Assembly: GCA_040397545.1 (NCBI GenBank)
Contig: JBBAVV010000022.1
Span: 4,174-68,173 of the forward strand
DNA from: Pirellulales bacterium
GTDB lineage: Bacteria; Planctomycetota; Planctomycetia; Pirellulales; UBA1268
Length of the DNA: 64,000 nucleotides
Direction of reading: 5' to 3'
The position numbers and the translations under genes were made by a program. Numbering within the stretch: the first letter of the stretch is position 1; each line of letters begins with the position of its first letter. This document shows positions 1 through 9,596 of this stretch, in pieces. The notes below the pieces were generated by a model that saw only the letters and a program-made list of their open reading frames with translations, was not told the DNA's origin and did no database searches.

Positions 1-1
1 G

Positions 2-2650
2 ATGCGACGGGAGGGGGGAGCGATGGCGCGAATGATTGTGGGGCGATGGTTGCGGACGCTCGTTGCGGGCTTCGAGATCATGCTTGTCCTGGCAGTGGCG
101 CCGGCGCTTGCCGCGGGGGAGATCCGTACCTGGCGTGACGAGTCGGGGAAGTTCGAGGTCCGTGCCGAGCTCCTCGACTTCGATGGCGAGAAGGTCCGGC
201 TGGCGAAGGAGGATGGCAAGGAGATCACCGTCCCCCTCTCCCGGCTGTGTGCGGCCGATAGGGCCCATGTCCGGCGCGTCATGAAGAACAACGACGACAC
301 GAGCAAGGACGGCGCGGGGAAATCGGGGCCCGATCGCTCTGGAAAATCCGCCGCCGACGACGCTGAGGAGGAAGCGGACGGGGAAGCAGGGGAGGCCGGC
401 GCGAAGCAGGCCAATGTCGATCTGGTGCGGCTCCGCGACATCCCCGCGAAGCGAGCCGGAAAACCCAAGGGAGTGCTCGTCTGGCCGACCAAGCTTGCCA
501 CGCCGGCTGAACCGGTGGGGGGCTATGTCAGCGATCCGGGGGTAACGCTCGGGGCGATCAAGGCAGGTTTCGGCGCCTCTTTTGGCAAGTACTACGGCAC
601 CGAGCACGTGTCGCGCGCGGTGCCGCTCGACACGGAGGGACGGCGTTTCCTCATGAGCGTCATTAGGCGGGAATCGGCAAACTTGCGCTCCCGGATCTAC
701 CTCATCGATGCCTCCGCCGACACCGCGACGATGGTCCAGGAGACGAAGGAGCTCTACGAACTTCTCGATCATGACATCGAATCAGGCATGACGCTCCTCG
801 GCGAGCGCGGTTCGAAGTACGGCATCATGGCGGCCGATAAGCCGACGCGGCTGGTGCTCGCCTCCGGCTTTCCCGAGGAGACGCCTGCATTGAAGCTCAT
901 CCGGGATTGCCCCCAGATTGACAAGGACATCGCGGCGGAGATCGTCGGGGCCAGGCTCCTCTCGGCCCGCCATGCGCTCGTGTCGTTCACGACCGCCGCC
1001 GGCGTCTGGGAGCTCGACACCTGCAAGGCGCTCCAGGTGTTTCCGAGCACCGGGCCGGCGGTCGCCAGCGGAGGCCTGCGCTATGCGGCGATCCCCACCG
1101 CCAATCAGGTCGTGGTCATCGAACCGGCCTCACGGCGCACGGTGGTGAGGGTGCCCACGGCGCTGACTGTTTCTGGTCTGGCCTTCGATCCCGCGGGGCA
1201 GAAGCTGGCGATCGTCGAGCCGGGATGGGTGTCGATCCAAGACTGTGTTGCTGGCGGGGATCCGGTCCGTTTCCAGTCGCCGGAGGCGACCGGCACGGTA
1301 GCGTGGGTGGGACCAACGACGATCCTCACCGGATCGGGAGCGCTGATCGATGTCGGGCGCAAGGCGGTGCTCTGGAAATACCAGATGAGCAGCGGCTGGA
1401 GCGTATCGGGATCGACGGTGGTTGCCCGCGTGGACGATCAACTGTGCTTCCTCACCGTGCCCCACCCGGCCGCGGAGGCCAGACGCGCCAGCTGGGTGGC
1501 CGTGGCCGATCCGATCTTGCTTCGCGCGGGGAGCGCGGTGAAGGTCGCCTGCGAGGTCTCCCAAGGGGTGCAGATCGATCAGGCGGCGCTCGAGCAGACG
1601 CTCGCCGGCCTCGCCCAACAGGCCGGCTACCAGGTCGTGGCGGAGGCCCCGACGAGGCTCGTCGCCCGACTCGATCGCCTCGCCCCCCGGACCGCGGCCC
1701 TCGGGGTCGTGTTCGGCGTCGGGCGCGGCAGCAGCCCGGGAGGGCCACCGACCATGGAGACCAATCCACTCGTGGCATCGATCGAGTTTCGGACGGCGGA
1801 CGGCGTGGCCTGGTCGGAAAACCTCATCTATTCGTCCCTCCCCGTCGTCAGGCTCCAGCCGAATGAGTCGCTCGAGCAGGGGATCCGCCGCCTGGAGACG
1901 CCCTCGATCGCCACGTTTGCCGCCGTGGCCCTGCCGACCATGGTCGAGCGGCCCGAAGTGGTAGCGGGACAGGGGAGGAGCGAGCCGCAGGAGTCAGGCT
2001 GGAAGGACCTGCCGATCGATGCCTCAAAGAGCAGGCACGATCAGATCGTCAACGTCGACCGTCAACTGCGGGACACGATCGCCGAAACAAACAAGATCAG
2101 GGAGAAAGCCCTCGAACAGATCCGCAATCCGGGCGCCGCGTTCGATCCGAAGCAGTTCGAGGAGGCCGTTCGAGAGGGGGCCAAGCGTGACCTGGAGCGG
2201 CAGGGAGGGGGAGCGGCAGCGCCGCGAGCTGCCGCCGGATGGGTCGTCGCGGTTTTGGGTGTAACGCTCGTCCTCGCCTTTGCCATGGCCGCCGCGGTGT
2301 GGATCATCTTTACCAAGGCCGGTCGACAGGGCTGGGAGTGCGTGATCCCCTTTTACAATAATGTCGTCTTTCTCGACATCGCCGGCCTGCCCGCGTGGGT
2401 GATGGTGTTCTACTTCCTTCCACAGATCGGCGCGGTGATCGTGTCGGCGGCCGGCCTGGCGGGGACTTTCGCCGGCTTGGCGATCGTCGTCATCGGCATG
2501 CTCGCGAGCATGCTGGCCTACGCGCTCAACTGCCAGGGGCTGGCGAGAAACTTTGGCAAGGGGCTCGGGTTCGCCTGTGGGCTGTTCTTCCTGCCGTTTA
2601 TCTTCCTGCCGATCCTCGCCTTCGGCAGCGCCCGCTACAGACGCCGGTGA
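2..2650 (+). CDS. Membrane-anchored protein with SHD1 (SLA1-homology) domain and C-terminal DUF5684-like multi-TM region
   Basis: 882-codon ORF. N-terminal hydrophobic anchor 'LRTLVAGFEIMLVLAVAPALAAG', then 'IRTWRDESGKFEVRAELLDFDGEKVRLAKEDGKEITVPLSRLCAADRAHV' (SHD1-type module common in Planctomycetota). The C-terminus 'GWECVIPFYNNVVFLDIAGLPAWVMVFYFLPQIG...' resembles DUF5684. The true start may be ATG 23 or 32. Confidence 0.75.
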   Translation: MRREGGAMARMIVGRWLRTLVAGFEIMLVLAVAPALAAGEIRTWRDESGKFEVRAELLDFDGEKVRLAKEDGKEITVPLSRLCAADRAHVRRVMKNNDDTSKDGAGKSGPDRSGKSAADDAEEEADGEAGEAGAKQANVDLVRLRDIPAKRAGKPKGVLVWPTKLATPAEPVGGYVSDPGVTLGAIKAGFGASFGKYYGTEHVSRAVPLDTEGRRFLMSVIRRESANLRSRIYLIDASADTATMVQETKELYELLDHDIESGMTLLGERGSKYGIMAADKPTRLVLASGFPEETPALKLIRDCPQIDKDIAAEIVGARLLSARHALVSFTTAAGVWELDTCKALQVFPSTGPAVASGGLRYAAIPTANQVVVIEPASRRTVVRVPTALTVSGLAFDPAGQKLAIVEPGWVSIQDCVAGGDPVRFQSPEATGTVAWVGPTTILTGSGALIDVGRKAVLWKYQMSSGWSVSGSTVVARVDDQLCFLTVPHPAAEARRASWVAVADPILLRAGSAVKVACEVSQGVQIDQAALEQTLAGLAQQAGYQVVAEAPTRLVARLDRLAPRTAALGVVFGVGRGSSPGGPPTMETNPLVASIEFRTADGVAWSENLIYSSLPVVRLQPNESLEQGIRRLETPSIATFAAVALPTMVERPEVVAGQGRSEPQESGWKDLPIDASKSRHDQIVNVDRQLRDTIAETNKIREKALEQIRNPGAAFDPKQFEEAVREGAKRDLERQGGGAAAPRAAAGWVVAVLGVTLVLAFAMAAAVWIIFTKAGRQGWECVIPFYNNVVFLDIAGLPAWVMVFYFLPQIGAVIVSAAGLAGTFAGLAIVVIGMLASMLAYALNCQGLARNFGKGLGFACGLFFLPFIFLPILAFGSARYRRR

Positions 2651-2685
2651 CGGGGCGACGTCGGTGGCTGTCCACGGCTGTCGAG

Positions 2686-3336
2686 TCACGCTCCGGCGAG
2701 GTCGAGCTCCATCCAGGTGGTCGGATCGCTCTCCCAGGGAAACTCGGGGGGCGCTCCGTAGGGGATCCGCCCGAGGCGGCGATCGATCACCGCGGCGAAG
2801 AATCCGAGCCGGGGGATCTCCGCCGGATCCCAGCCGGGGAGGGCTGCGGCGGTGATGAAAGCTTCGATGCTCCAGCCGTCGGCGTGGAGCTTGGCCTCGA
2901 TCGGCACCGCCCCCTCGGGGAGCTCGGCCGGGATCTCGCTCGTTCGCGGGATGACTGCCGCCACGGCCACCGGCTTGTCGGCGAGCTTGCCGCCGCCGGT
3001 CGGGAGGAGGGCGAGCCGGCGGCAGAATCGGCCGGCCCGGTGGCTCTCGCCGGTGGGGCGGGTGGCGATCCAGAGATGGAGGCCGTCGCTATCCTCCGGT
3101 CGGGTCGGCTGGCACCAGCGCGCTGCTCCCACCCCCTTCATCTCCCCGCGCACCCGCAGGCCGCTGTCATTCCAGGCCAGCCACAGCGAGACGAGGTCGG
3201 GCACGCCGACGATATTGGCCAGCGACGGCAGCCGAAAGGCGTCGTCGAGCGGGGCCGAAGTGGGGGGCCAGAGTGTTTTCCGCTTCCGGCAGGGGAAGCG
3301 GAAGGTGAACAGGGAACCGGGGTTCACAAGCGGCAC
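2686..3336 (-). CDS. Hypothetical protein
   Basis: 216-codon ORF with balanced, Trp-rich composition ('WLAWNDSGLRVRGEMKG...DGWSIEAFITAAALPGWDP...WMELDL'). The overlapping frames are Arg/Pro-rich by contrast. No family recognised. Confidence 0.5.
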   Translation of the reverse strand: MPLVNPGSLFTFRFPCRKRKTLWPPTSAPLDDAFRLPSLANIVGVPDLVSLWLAWNDSGLRVRGEMKGVGAARWCQPTRPEDSDGLHLWIATRPTGESHRAGRFCRRLALLPTGGGKLADKPVAVAAVIPRTSEIPAELPEGAVPIEAKLHADGWSIEAFITAAALPGWDPAEIPRLGFFAAVIDRRLGRIPYGAPPEFPWESDPTTWMELDLAGA

Positions 3337-3513
3337 GGCACGGGCTCCGAGGAATGACCGGGGCTCCGAGGATCGGCAGGGGCTCCGAGGGCAACCGGGA
3401 GGCCCGATCGACGGGCCATACTATACTGCTGCGGTTGCCACGGGGAGCGGAATGATCGGCTGGTGAGGCCTCTTCCCGGTGCAGCGATTCACGATCCCTG
3501 AGGAGTTGCGATC

Positions 3514-6500
3514 ATGGGGCGGTTCATTCCTGAAGTTCGGCACTCGGTTCGGCCGTCGCTCGGCGGTTGGTGTGGAGCCGCTGCCGGCATCGCGGCGATC
3601 GTCGCGTGGGCCTCCCTTCCTTCCGCCCCCGCCGCCGATCAGGGGTCGGGCTCGCAGCCGCTGTGGAGCAGCGCGCTTGTCACCGCTGCCACGCCGACCC
3701 GCTCCGTCGCCTTCGATGTTGAGCTCGGTGGCGCCACGTCGGTGTGGCTCGTGGTCGATGACGGCGGCGATGGGTTCGGGTGCGATTGGGCCGACTGGGT
3801 CGATCCGGTCTTCAAGGGAGCCGGCCTCGAGAAGCCGCTGGTCGATCTCGAATGGAAGCGCGCCGCCGCCGAGTGGGGCAAGGTGCAAAAAGGCCGGAAC
3901 GCCGGAGGGGACGAGCTCAAGCTCGACGGCAAGCTTGTTGCCCGCGGCATCGGCACGCATGCCAATTCGGTGATCGAGGTGGCGGTGCCGGCCGGAGCGA
4001 CGCGGCTGGTGGGACGGGCCGGGCTCGACGACGGCGGCGCCAATCAAGGCTCCGGGTCGATCCGCTTCGCCATTCACACCAAGGCCCCGGCGCTTCGCCC
4101 CAAGCGCGCGGAGGCCGGCGGCGCTGTCGCTCCCGCTGACGGCGCTGCCACGCTCGTGGTCCCGGAAGAACTCGAAGCGACGCTGTTCGCCGCCGAACCG
4201 CTCCTCTCGAGCCCCTCGGATATCGACATCGACGCGTCGGGGCGGGTGTGGGTGTGCGAAGTCACCAACTACCGCGGCCGCAAGGACACGCGGCCCGACG
4301 GCGACCGGATCCTCGTTCTCGAAGACACCGACGGCGACGGCGCCGCCGACACCTCGAAGGTTTTTTACCAGGGGCGCGACGTCGATTCGGCCCTCGGTAT
4401 TTGCGTCATCGGCGACGGGCCGGGGCGGAAGGTGATCGTGTCGTGTGCGCCGGACGTGTTCGTGTTCCACGATGACGATGGCGATCTCGTCGCCGACCGG
4501 AAGGAGTCGCTGTTTACGAAGACCGGCGACCCGCAGCACGACCACTCCGTCCATGCCTTCTCCGTCGGCCCCGACGGCCGCTGGTATTTCAACTTCGGCA
4601 ACACCGGCCACGCCGTCCATGATCGTGATGGGAAGCCGGTCGTCGACCGGATGGGAAATGTCGTCAACGACAGCGGCAAGCCCTATCGGCAGGGGATGGT
4701 GTTCCGCTGCAATCCCGACGGCAGCGACTTCGAGGTTCTCGGCAACAACTTCCGCAACAACTACGAAGTCGCCGTCGATTCCTACGGCACGCTCTGGCAG
4801 AGCGACAACGACGACGACGGCAACCAGGGGGTGCGGATCAACTTCGTCATGGAGGGGGGCAACTACGGCTATGTCGACGAACGCACCGGGCAGGGCTGGC
4901 AGGTGCCGCGGACGAATCTCGAGGCGGAGGTCCCGAAGCGACACTGGCACTTGAACGATCCCGGTGTCGTCCCCAACCTTCTTCAGACCGGCGCGGGATC
5001 GCCGACCGGGATCTGCGTCTACGAGGGGACGCTCCTCCCCGAACGCTTTCGCGGCTCGCTCCTCCACTGCGACGCCGGCCCGAATGTCGTCCGCGCCTAT
5101 CACGTGAAGGCCGATGGGGCGGGCTACGCCGCCACGAGTGAAAACGTCGCCGACGGCTCGGCTGATCGCTGGTTTCGGCCGAGCGATGTCTGCGTCGCCC
5201 CCGATGGCTCGATTCTCGTGGCCGATTGGTATGACCCTGGTGTCGGCGGCCACGGGATGGGGGATGTCGAGAAGGGGCGGATCTACCGGATCGCGCCGCA
5301 CGGCTCGGCTTGGTCGGTGCCGAAGGTCGATCTGGCCTCGATCGACGGCGCTGTCGCGGCCCTGGCGAGCCCGAATCTCTCCACGCGAGCCACCGCTCTC
5401 GAGCGGCTCGCGAAGGAGCCCGAAGCGGCTGCCAAGGTCCTCGCGGCGGCCCTCGATCGCTCCAATGACAGCCGGCACGCCGCCCGTCTGGCCTGGGCGC
5501 TGGGGGGGCTTCCCGGGAAGGGGGCTGCCACTGTGGCGCAGTTGCTTGGATCGAAGGATGAGAACCATCGGATCGTCGGCCTGCGATTGGCCCGCATGGC
5601 CGACGTCGACCCGCTTGGCGCGCTTGAAAAACTCGCGGCCGATCCGTCGGCAGCGGTCCGTCGCGAGGTGGCCGTGGCGCTGCGTGGCGTCGCTGGGCCA
5701 CGGGCCGATGCCGTGTGGGCCAAGCTCGCCAAGGCGCACTCGGCCGGCGATCGCTGGGAGCTCGAGGGGCTCGGCATCGCGGCCCAGGGGCGCGGCAACA
5801 CGAGCCTCTGGGACGGCCGCCTCGCCGCCTGGCTGGCGGCGGTCGGTGACGGCTGGAAGACCCCCGCCGGCCGCGAGGTCGTGTGGCGGAGCCGGGCCGC
5901 GGCGTCGCCGCAGCTGATCTGCGAGCTCCTTGCCGATCCCCGCGTCGGCACGTCGGAGTCGCTGGCGCTCATCCGCTCCCTCGACTTCCAGGAGAGCGCA
6001 GCGGCTGCCGTGGCGATCCGCGATCTCGTCACCCGCCTCGACGCTCCTGATGAAAAACTCCAGGTGATCCTCCCGGAGCTCGTTCTGCGGATCGACCCGG
6101 CCGGTGGGGTCGAAGGGAAGCTCGCCGAGCGGATCGCGGCGGCGGCGGCGGCCGTCCCCGGTACTCAAGCCTTCGTCGATATCATCCAGCGCTTCCGAAT
6201 CAAAAGCCGCGCGGCTGAGCTTGTCGAGCTCGCCGCCGCCGGCGGCACGACCGACCAGGTGGCGGTGTCGGCGCTCGCCGCGGCCCTCGATCTCGGCGCT
6301 GCCGATACGGTGCGCGAGGCGATCGCTGCGGCGAGTGCTGCTCCTGATGAGACGATCGACATCCGTCGCGCGGCGGCCCAGGGGGAGACCCCCGTGTCAC
6401 CGGCCGTCACCAAGGCCACGCGCCTGCTCTCGGCCTGTGGCCTGCGCGGCCAGGGGCCGGCGCTCGAGATCATTCTGGCAACGCTTGCCTCGGCCGAGGC

Positions 6501-7164
6501 CTCCCCGGAGATCAAGGGGGGAGCGATTCGTGGGCTAGCCCGCACCCAGGGGGGGGCGGTGAGGCTCGTCGAAATGGCCAAGGCGGGGGAGCTGACAGGC
6601 ACCCTCCCGCAGGCAGCGGCGCTGGCGATCTCTGCTTGCCCGTGGGGAGACATCCGCCAGGCGGCGGCCGACGTGCTGCCGCTCCCCAAGGGACGCGGCG
6701 GTGAGAAGCTCCCGCCGCTTGCCGATCTTCTCAAGCGCGCCGGCAGCGCCGAGAAGGGGAAGGCGGTCTTCGCCGGAGTCGGCACGTGTGCGAAGTGCCA
6801 TGTCGTCCAGGGGGAGGGGAAGATGGTCGGGCCCGACCTCTCCGGGATCGGGGCGAAGCTCTCGCGCGAGGCGCTCTATGAATCGGTCCTCGCCCCGTCG
6901 GCGGCGATCAGCCACAACTACGAGGCTTGGACGGGCTTGACGAAGGACGGCCGGGCGATCACCGGCCTGCTTGTCTCGAAGACGCCGCAGCAGGTCGTGA
7001 TCCGGGGAGCCGACGGCGTCGATGCAACGGTGGCTGGCGACGATCTCGAAGAGCTCGTTCGGCAGCCGGTGTCGCTGATGCCGGCCGATCTCGCCTCGAC
7101 GCTGTCGGCCGAGGAGCTCGTCGATGTCGTCACCTGGCTCGAGACGCTCCGGGGCCAGCGGTGA
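3514..7164 (+). CDS. PVC-type membrane-bound dehydrogenase-domain protein with NPCBM-like N-terminus, HEAT repeats and C-terminal heme-binding (CxxCH) domain
   Basis: 1216 aa. 'GCDWADWVDPVF...GIGTHANSVIEV' (NPCBM-like). 'FAAEPLLSSPSDIDIDASGRVWVCEVTNYRG...DRILVLEDTDGDGAAD' (membrane-bound dehydrogenase domain). Ala/Leu-rich HEAT-like middle region. 'GKAVFAGVGTCAKCHVVQGEG...GPDLSGIG' (Pirellula/Verrucomicrobium-type heme-binding domain). Confidence 0.9.
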   Translation: MGRFIPEVRHSVRPSLGGWCGAAAGIAAIVAWASLPSAPAADQGSGSQPLWSSALVTAATPTRSVAFDVELGGATSVWLVVDDGGDGFGCDWADWVDPVFKGAGLEKPLVDLEWKRAAAEWGKVQKGRNAGGDELKLDGKLVARGIGTHANSVIEVAVPAGATRLVGRAGLDDGGANQGSGSIRFAIHTKAPALRPKRAEAGGAVAPADGAATLVVPEELEATLFAAEPLLSSPSDIDIDASGRVWVCEVTNYRGRKDTRPDGDRILVLEDTDGDGAADTSKVFYQGRDVDSALGICVIGDGPGRKVIVSCAPDVFVFHDDDGDLVADRKESLFTKTGDPQHDHSVHAFSVGPDGRWYFNFGNTGHAVHDRDGKPVVDRMGNVVNDSGKPYRQGMVFRCNPDGSDFEVLGNNFRNNYEVAVDSYGTLWQSDNDDDGNQGVRINFVMEGGNYGYVDERTGQGWQVPRTNLEAEVPKRHWHLNDPGVVPNLLQTGAGSPTGICVYEGTLLPERFRGSLLHCDAGPNVVRAYHVKADGAGYAATSENVADGSADRWFRPSDVCVAPDGSILVADWYDPGVGGHGMGDVEKGRIYRIAPHGSAWSVPKVDLASIDGAVAALASPNLSTRATALERLAKEPEAAAKVLAAALDRSNDSRHAARLAWALGGLPGKGAATVAQLLGSKDENHRIVGLRLARMADVDPLGALEKLAADPSAAVRREVAVALRGVAGPRADAVWAKLAKAHSAGDRWELEGLGIAAQGRGNTSLWDGRLAAWLAAVGDGWKTPAGREVVWRSRAAASPQLICELLADPRVGTSESLALIRSLDFQESAAAAVAIRDLVTRLDAPDEKLQVILPELVLRIDPAGGVEGKLAERIAAAAAAVPGTQAFVDIIQRFRIKSRAAELVELAAAGGTTDQVAVSALAAALDLGAADTVREAIAAASAAPDETIDIRRAAAQGETPVSPAVTKATRLLSACGLRGQGPALEIILATLASAEASPEIKGGAIRGLARTQGGAVRLVEMAKAGELTGTLPQAAALAISACPWGDIRQAAADVLPLPKGRGGEKLPPLADLLKRAGSAEKGKAVFAGVGTCAKCHVVQGEGKMVGPDLSGIGAKLSREALYESVLAPSAAISHNYEAWTGLTKDGRAITGLLVSKTPQQVVIRGADGVDATVAGDDLEELVRQPVSLMPADLASTLSAEELVDVVTWLETLRGQR

Positions 7165-7305
7165 GCCGCCGACCGGCCGGGATCGACCCGGGAGGGGGGC
7201 CGGACGACCGTTTTTTTCCGGACGAACTTCCTGGTCGGAAATCCTGACCTAGAGTTGCCTGCGAGCGGTCCGGACCCCCGAGCCTCATGAAGACGTAGGC
7301 GGCCC

Positions 7306-8808
7306 ATGCGTGTCCTCCAGGTGGCGAGCGAAGCGGCCCCCTTTGCCAAAACCGGTGGCCTGGCCGACGTCGTCGGCGCGCTCCCTGGGGCGCTCTCCCG
7401 GCTCGGTTGCCATGTCACCGTCGCGATGCCCGCCCACCGCGAGGCATTTTCGTCGCGCCGGCTCCCGATCGAGTCGACGGGGTGGGAGTTTGACGTGCCG
7501 GTCGGGACGCGAAAGCAGAAGGCGAAGATCTTCCAGTCGCACCTGCCGGGCCGGGACGGCTCCCCTGATGTCACCGTCTATCTCGTCGGCAACGATGCCT
7601 ACTTCGACCGTCCGACGCTCTACGGTGGCGCCGAGGATTATCCCGACAACTCCGAGCGGTTCATCTTCTTCTCCCGCGCCGTCCTCGAACTGGCCAACCG
7701 CTTCGAGGAACCGTGCGACGTCATCCACAGCCACGACTGGCAGACCGGCCTCGTGCCCGCCTACCAGAAGGTGCTCGCCTCCCAGTGGCCCAGGCTGGCC
7801 CGGGCGCGGACGCTCCACACGATTCACAACATGGCCTATCAGGGCGTTTTTTGGCACTGGGACATGCTCCTGACGGGGATCGATTGGCGGTATTTCAATT
7901 GGCAGCAGATGGAGTATTTCGGCCAGCTCAACCTCCTCAAGACGGGGGTCGTGTTCGCCGACATGGTGAGCACCGTCAGCCCGACGTATGCCCGCGAGAT
8001 CCAGTCGGCCCCCGGCGGATGTAGCCTCGAGGGGGTGCTCTCGGCGCGGGGCGATTCGCTTGCGGGAATTGTCAACGGCATCGACACCGCAGCCTGGAAC
8101 CCCGGCAACGATCCCCATCTCCCCAGGCCTTATGGCGAGGCTGACGTCGCCGAGGGGAAATACGCCGCGAAGGCGGCGCTTGCCTCCCGCCTCGGCCATG
8201 TCGCCCCCGATCCGCGCCCGCTGATCGCGTTTGTCGGTCGGCTCGCCGAGCAGAAAGGGATCGGGCTCGTCTTCGATCTCCTCGAACGCTTGGCCGGAAG
8301 TGGACGGGCCCGGTTCCTCGTGCTCGGCACGGGGGATCCGCGGGCCGAGGACGGTCTGCGGCGGCTGGCCGCCTCCTACCCGGGAACGATCGACCTCGTC
8401 ATCGGCTTCGACGAGGGGCTCGCGCACCTCGTTCAGGGCGCGGCCGACATGCTCCTCATACCGAGCCTCTACGAGCCCTGCGGGCTGACGCAGCTCTACG
8501 CCCTTCGCTACGGCACGATCCCGATCGTCCGAGCCACTGGTGGGCTCGTCGACACCGTCGTCGATGCCACCCCGGAAGCACTCGCCGACGGCACGGGGAG
8601 TGGCTTCCGATTCTCGGCCGTTGATGGCACCGCCTTCGCGCACGCCGTCGAGCGGGCGCTCGAGCTCCACGCCGACACCGACCGCTGGCTGTCGCTCGTC
8701 CGCCGCGTCATGCAAGAAGATTGGTCGTGGGATGCCAGTGCCCGGAAATACCTGCGGCTTTACGAGCGCGCCCTCGCCAGCCCGCCGACGCCGGTCCGGG
8801 TGCCGTGA
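7306..8808 (+). CDS. glgA: Glycogen synthase (ADP-glucose type)
   Basis: N-terminus 'MRVLQVASEAAPFAKTGGLADVVGALP' carries the KTGGL motif. Length of 500 aa and 'PSLYEPCGLTQLYALRYGTIPIVRATGGLVDTV' are typical of GlgA. Confidence 0.95.
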   Translation: MRVLQVASEAAPFAKTGGLADVVGALPGALSRLGCHVTVAMPAHREAFSSRRLPIESTGWEFDVPVGTRKQKAKIFQSHLPGRDGSPDVTVYLVGNDAYFDRPTLYGGAEDYPDNSERFIFFSRAVLELANRFEEPCDVIHSHDWQTGLVPAYQKVLASQWPRLARARTLHTIHNMAYQGVFWHWDMLLTGIDWRYFNWQQMEYFGQLNLLKTGVVFADMVSTVSPTYAREIQSAPGGCSLEGVLSARGDSLAGIVNGIDTAAWNPGNDPHLPRPYGEADVAEGKYAAKAALASRLGHVAPDPRPLIAFVGRLAEQKGIGLVFDLLERLAGSGRARFLVLGTGDPRAEDGLRRLAASYPGTIDLVIGFDEGLAHLVQGAADMLLIPSLYEPCGLTQLYALRYGTIPIVRATGGLVDTVVDATPEALADGTGSGFRFSAVDGTAFAHAVERALELHADTDRWLSLVRRVMQEDWSWDASARKYLRLYERALASPPTPVRVP

Positions 8809-8957
8809 GACCAGAGGCCTCGGAGGCCGGGGAATCCCCGCTCCTCCCAGATCTCGCCAGCGACTGGACAACTGGGCAACTGGGCAATCCGGGGAAACCC
8901 TGACGCTCGGTCTGAATGAGCGGAGCGTGACGGTTCTTCCGGCCGATACCGTCTGGC

Positions 8958-9569
8958 ATGAACACTCTCCGCTTCGCCGGGCGGCGCCCGGCCTGCACCG
9001 CCGTGGTGCTCTTCGTCGTGGCCGTGGCCTTCGTCGGGCCGGCCCGTTCGGCCTCTGCGTGGCCCTGCCGCACCTGTGGGCCGCAGCCGGGCTTTCTCCG
9101 CTCACCCGTGGGCGAGACGATGCCCTGCGGGAGCCAGGGATGTGGGCCTCGTTATTGGGGACCGCGCGGCGAGGAGCCGTGCGGGCCAGACCCGTGCAGC
9201 AACTGCAACCGCTGGCACGACTGCCATGGCGTCAGCCGTGGCCCTGATCTGCTCGCGCCGTGGCAGTTGCCCCCCGGGCGCGGGTTCATGGACCCGGCGG
9301 AGGTCGGCTACATCACCGAGAATCCGTGCGACGACTGCAACAAGATCAGCGGCTGCCTGTTCGGGGGGCCGAGTTGCCTTCAGAAGATCAATCCCTGCCA
9401 TCCCGACTGCATCCTCACGCTTTTCCCTTGGCCCTGGAAGCGCCGCGCCGCCGGCTGCGGTGAGTGTCAGTCGTGCCGCGAATGCCAGCCGGCGGTGACG
9501 GCCGGGAGCGTGGCGGCAAAATCAGCACCGGTCAAAACGGCTGCCGCCCAGACGCCTGCGACGAAGTGA
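8958..9569 (+). CDS. Secreted cysteine-rich hypothetical protein
   Basis: 203 aa with a signal-like 'ACTAVVLFVVAVAFVGPARSASA' and more than 20 Cys ('CRTCGP','CSNCNRWHDCHG','CGECQSCRECQ'). No family recognised. Confidence 0.55.
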   Translation: MNTLRFAGRRPACTAVVLFVVAVAFVGPARSASAWPCRTCGPQPGFLRSPVGETMPCGSQGCGPRYWGPRGEEPCGPDPCSNCNRWHDCHGVSRGPDLLAPWQLPPGRGFMDPAEVGYITENPCDDCNKISGCLFGGPSCLQKINPCHPDCILTLFPWPWKRRAAGCGECQSCRECQPAVTAGSVAAKSAPVKTAAAQTPATK

Positions 9570-9596
9570 CGGCTCGCGCGCTTTGGCCGGCTCTGG

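Noticed and set aside
3421-6168. 915-aa minus-strand ORF. Similar long ORFs occur at 7285..9105(-), 28852..30747(-), 34955..37507(-), 39785..41995(-), 49562..51805(+), 58149..60533(-) and 60803..62770(+).
   Set aside because: Each lies antisense to a gene with clear family motifs. Their translations are Arg/Gly/Pro/Asp-rich with no recognisable domains. These are the typical stop-codon-poor shadow frames of high-GC DNA.
7165-7305. T7 run (7212-7218) after the dehydrogenase/heme gene; considered as an intrinsic terminator.
   Set aside because: No stable GC-rich stem lies immediately 5' of the T-run. Only a 5-bp CCGGG/CCCGG stem and a direct repeat CCGGACGA are present.
8863-8886. 8-bp direct repeats (ACTGGACA ACTGGGCA ACTGGGCA) downstream of glgA.
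   Set aside because: They are very short and imperfect, with no positional link to a start codon or hairpin, and are likely chance or slippage.
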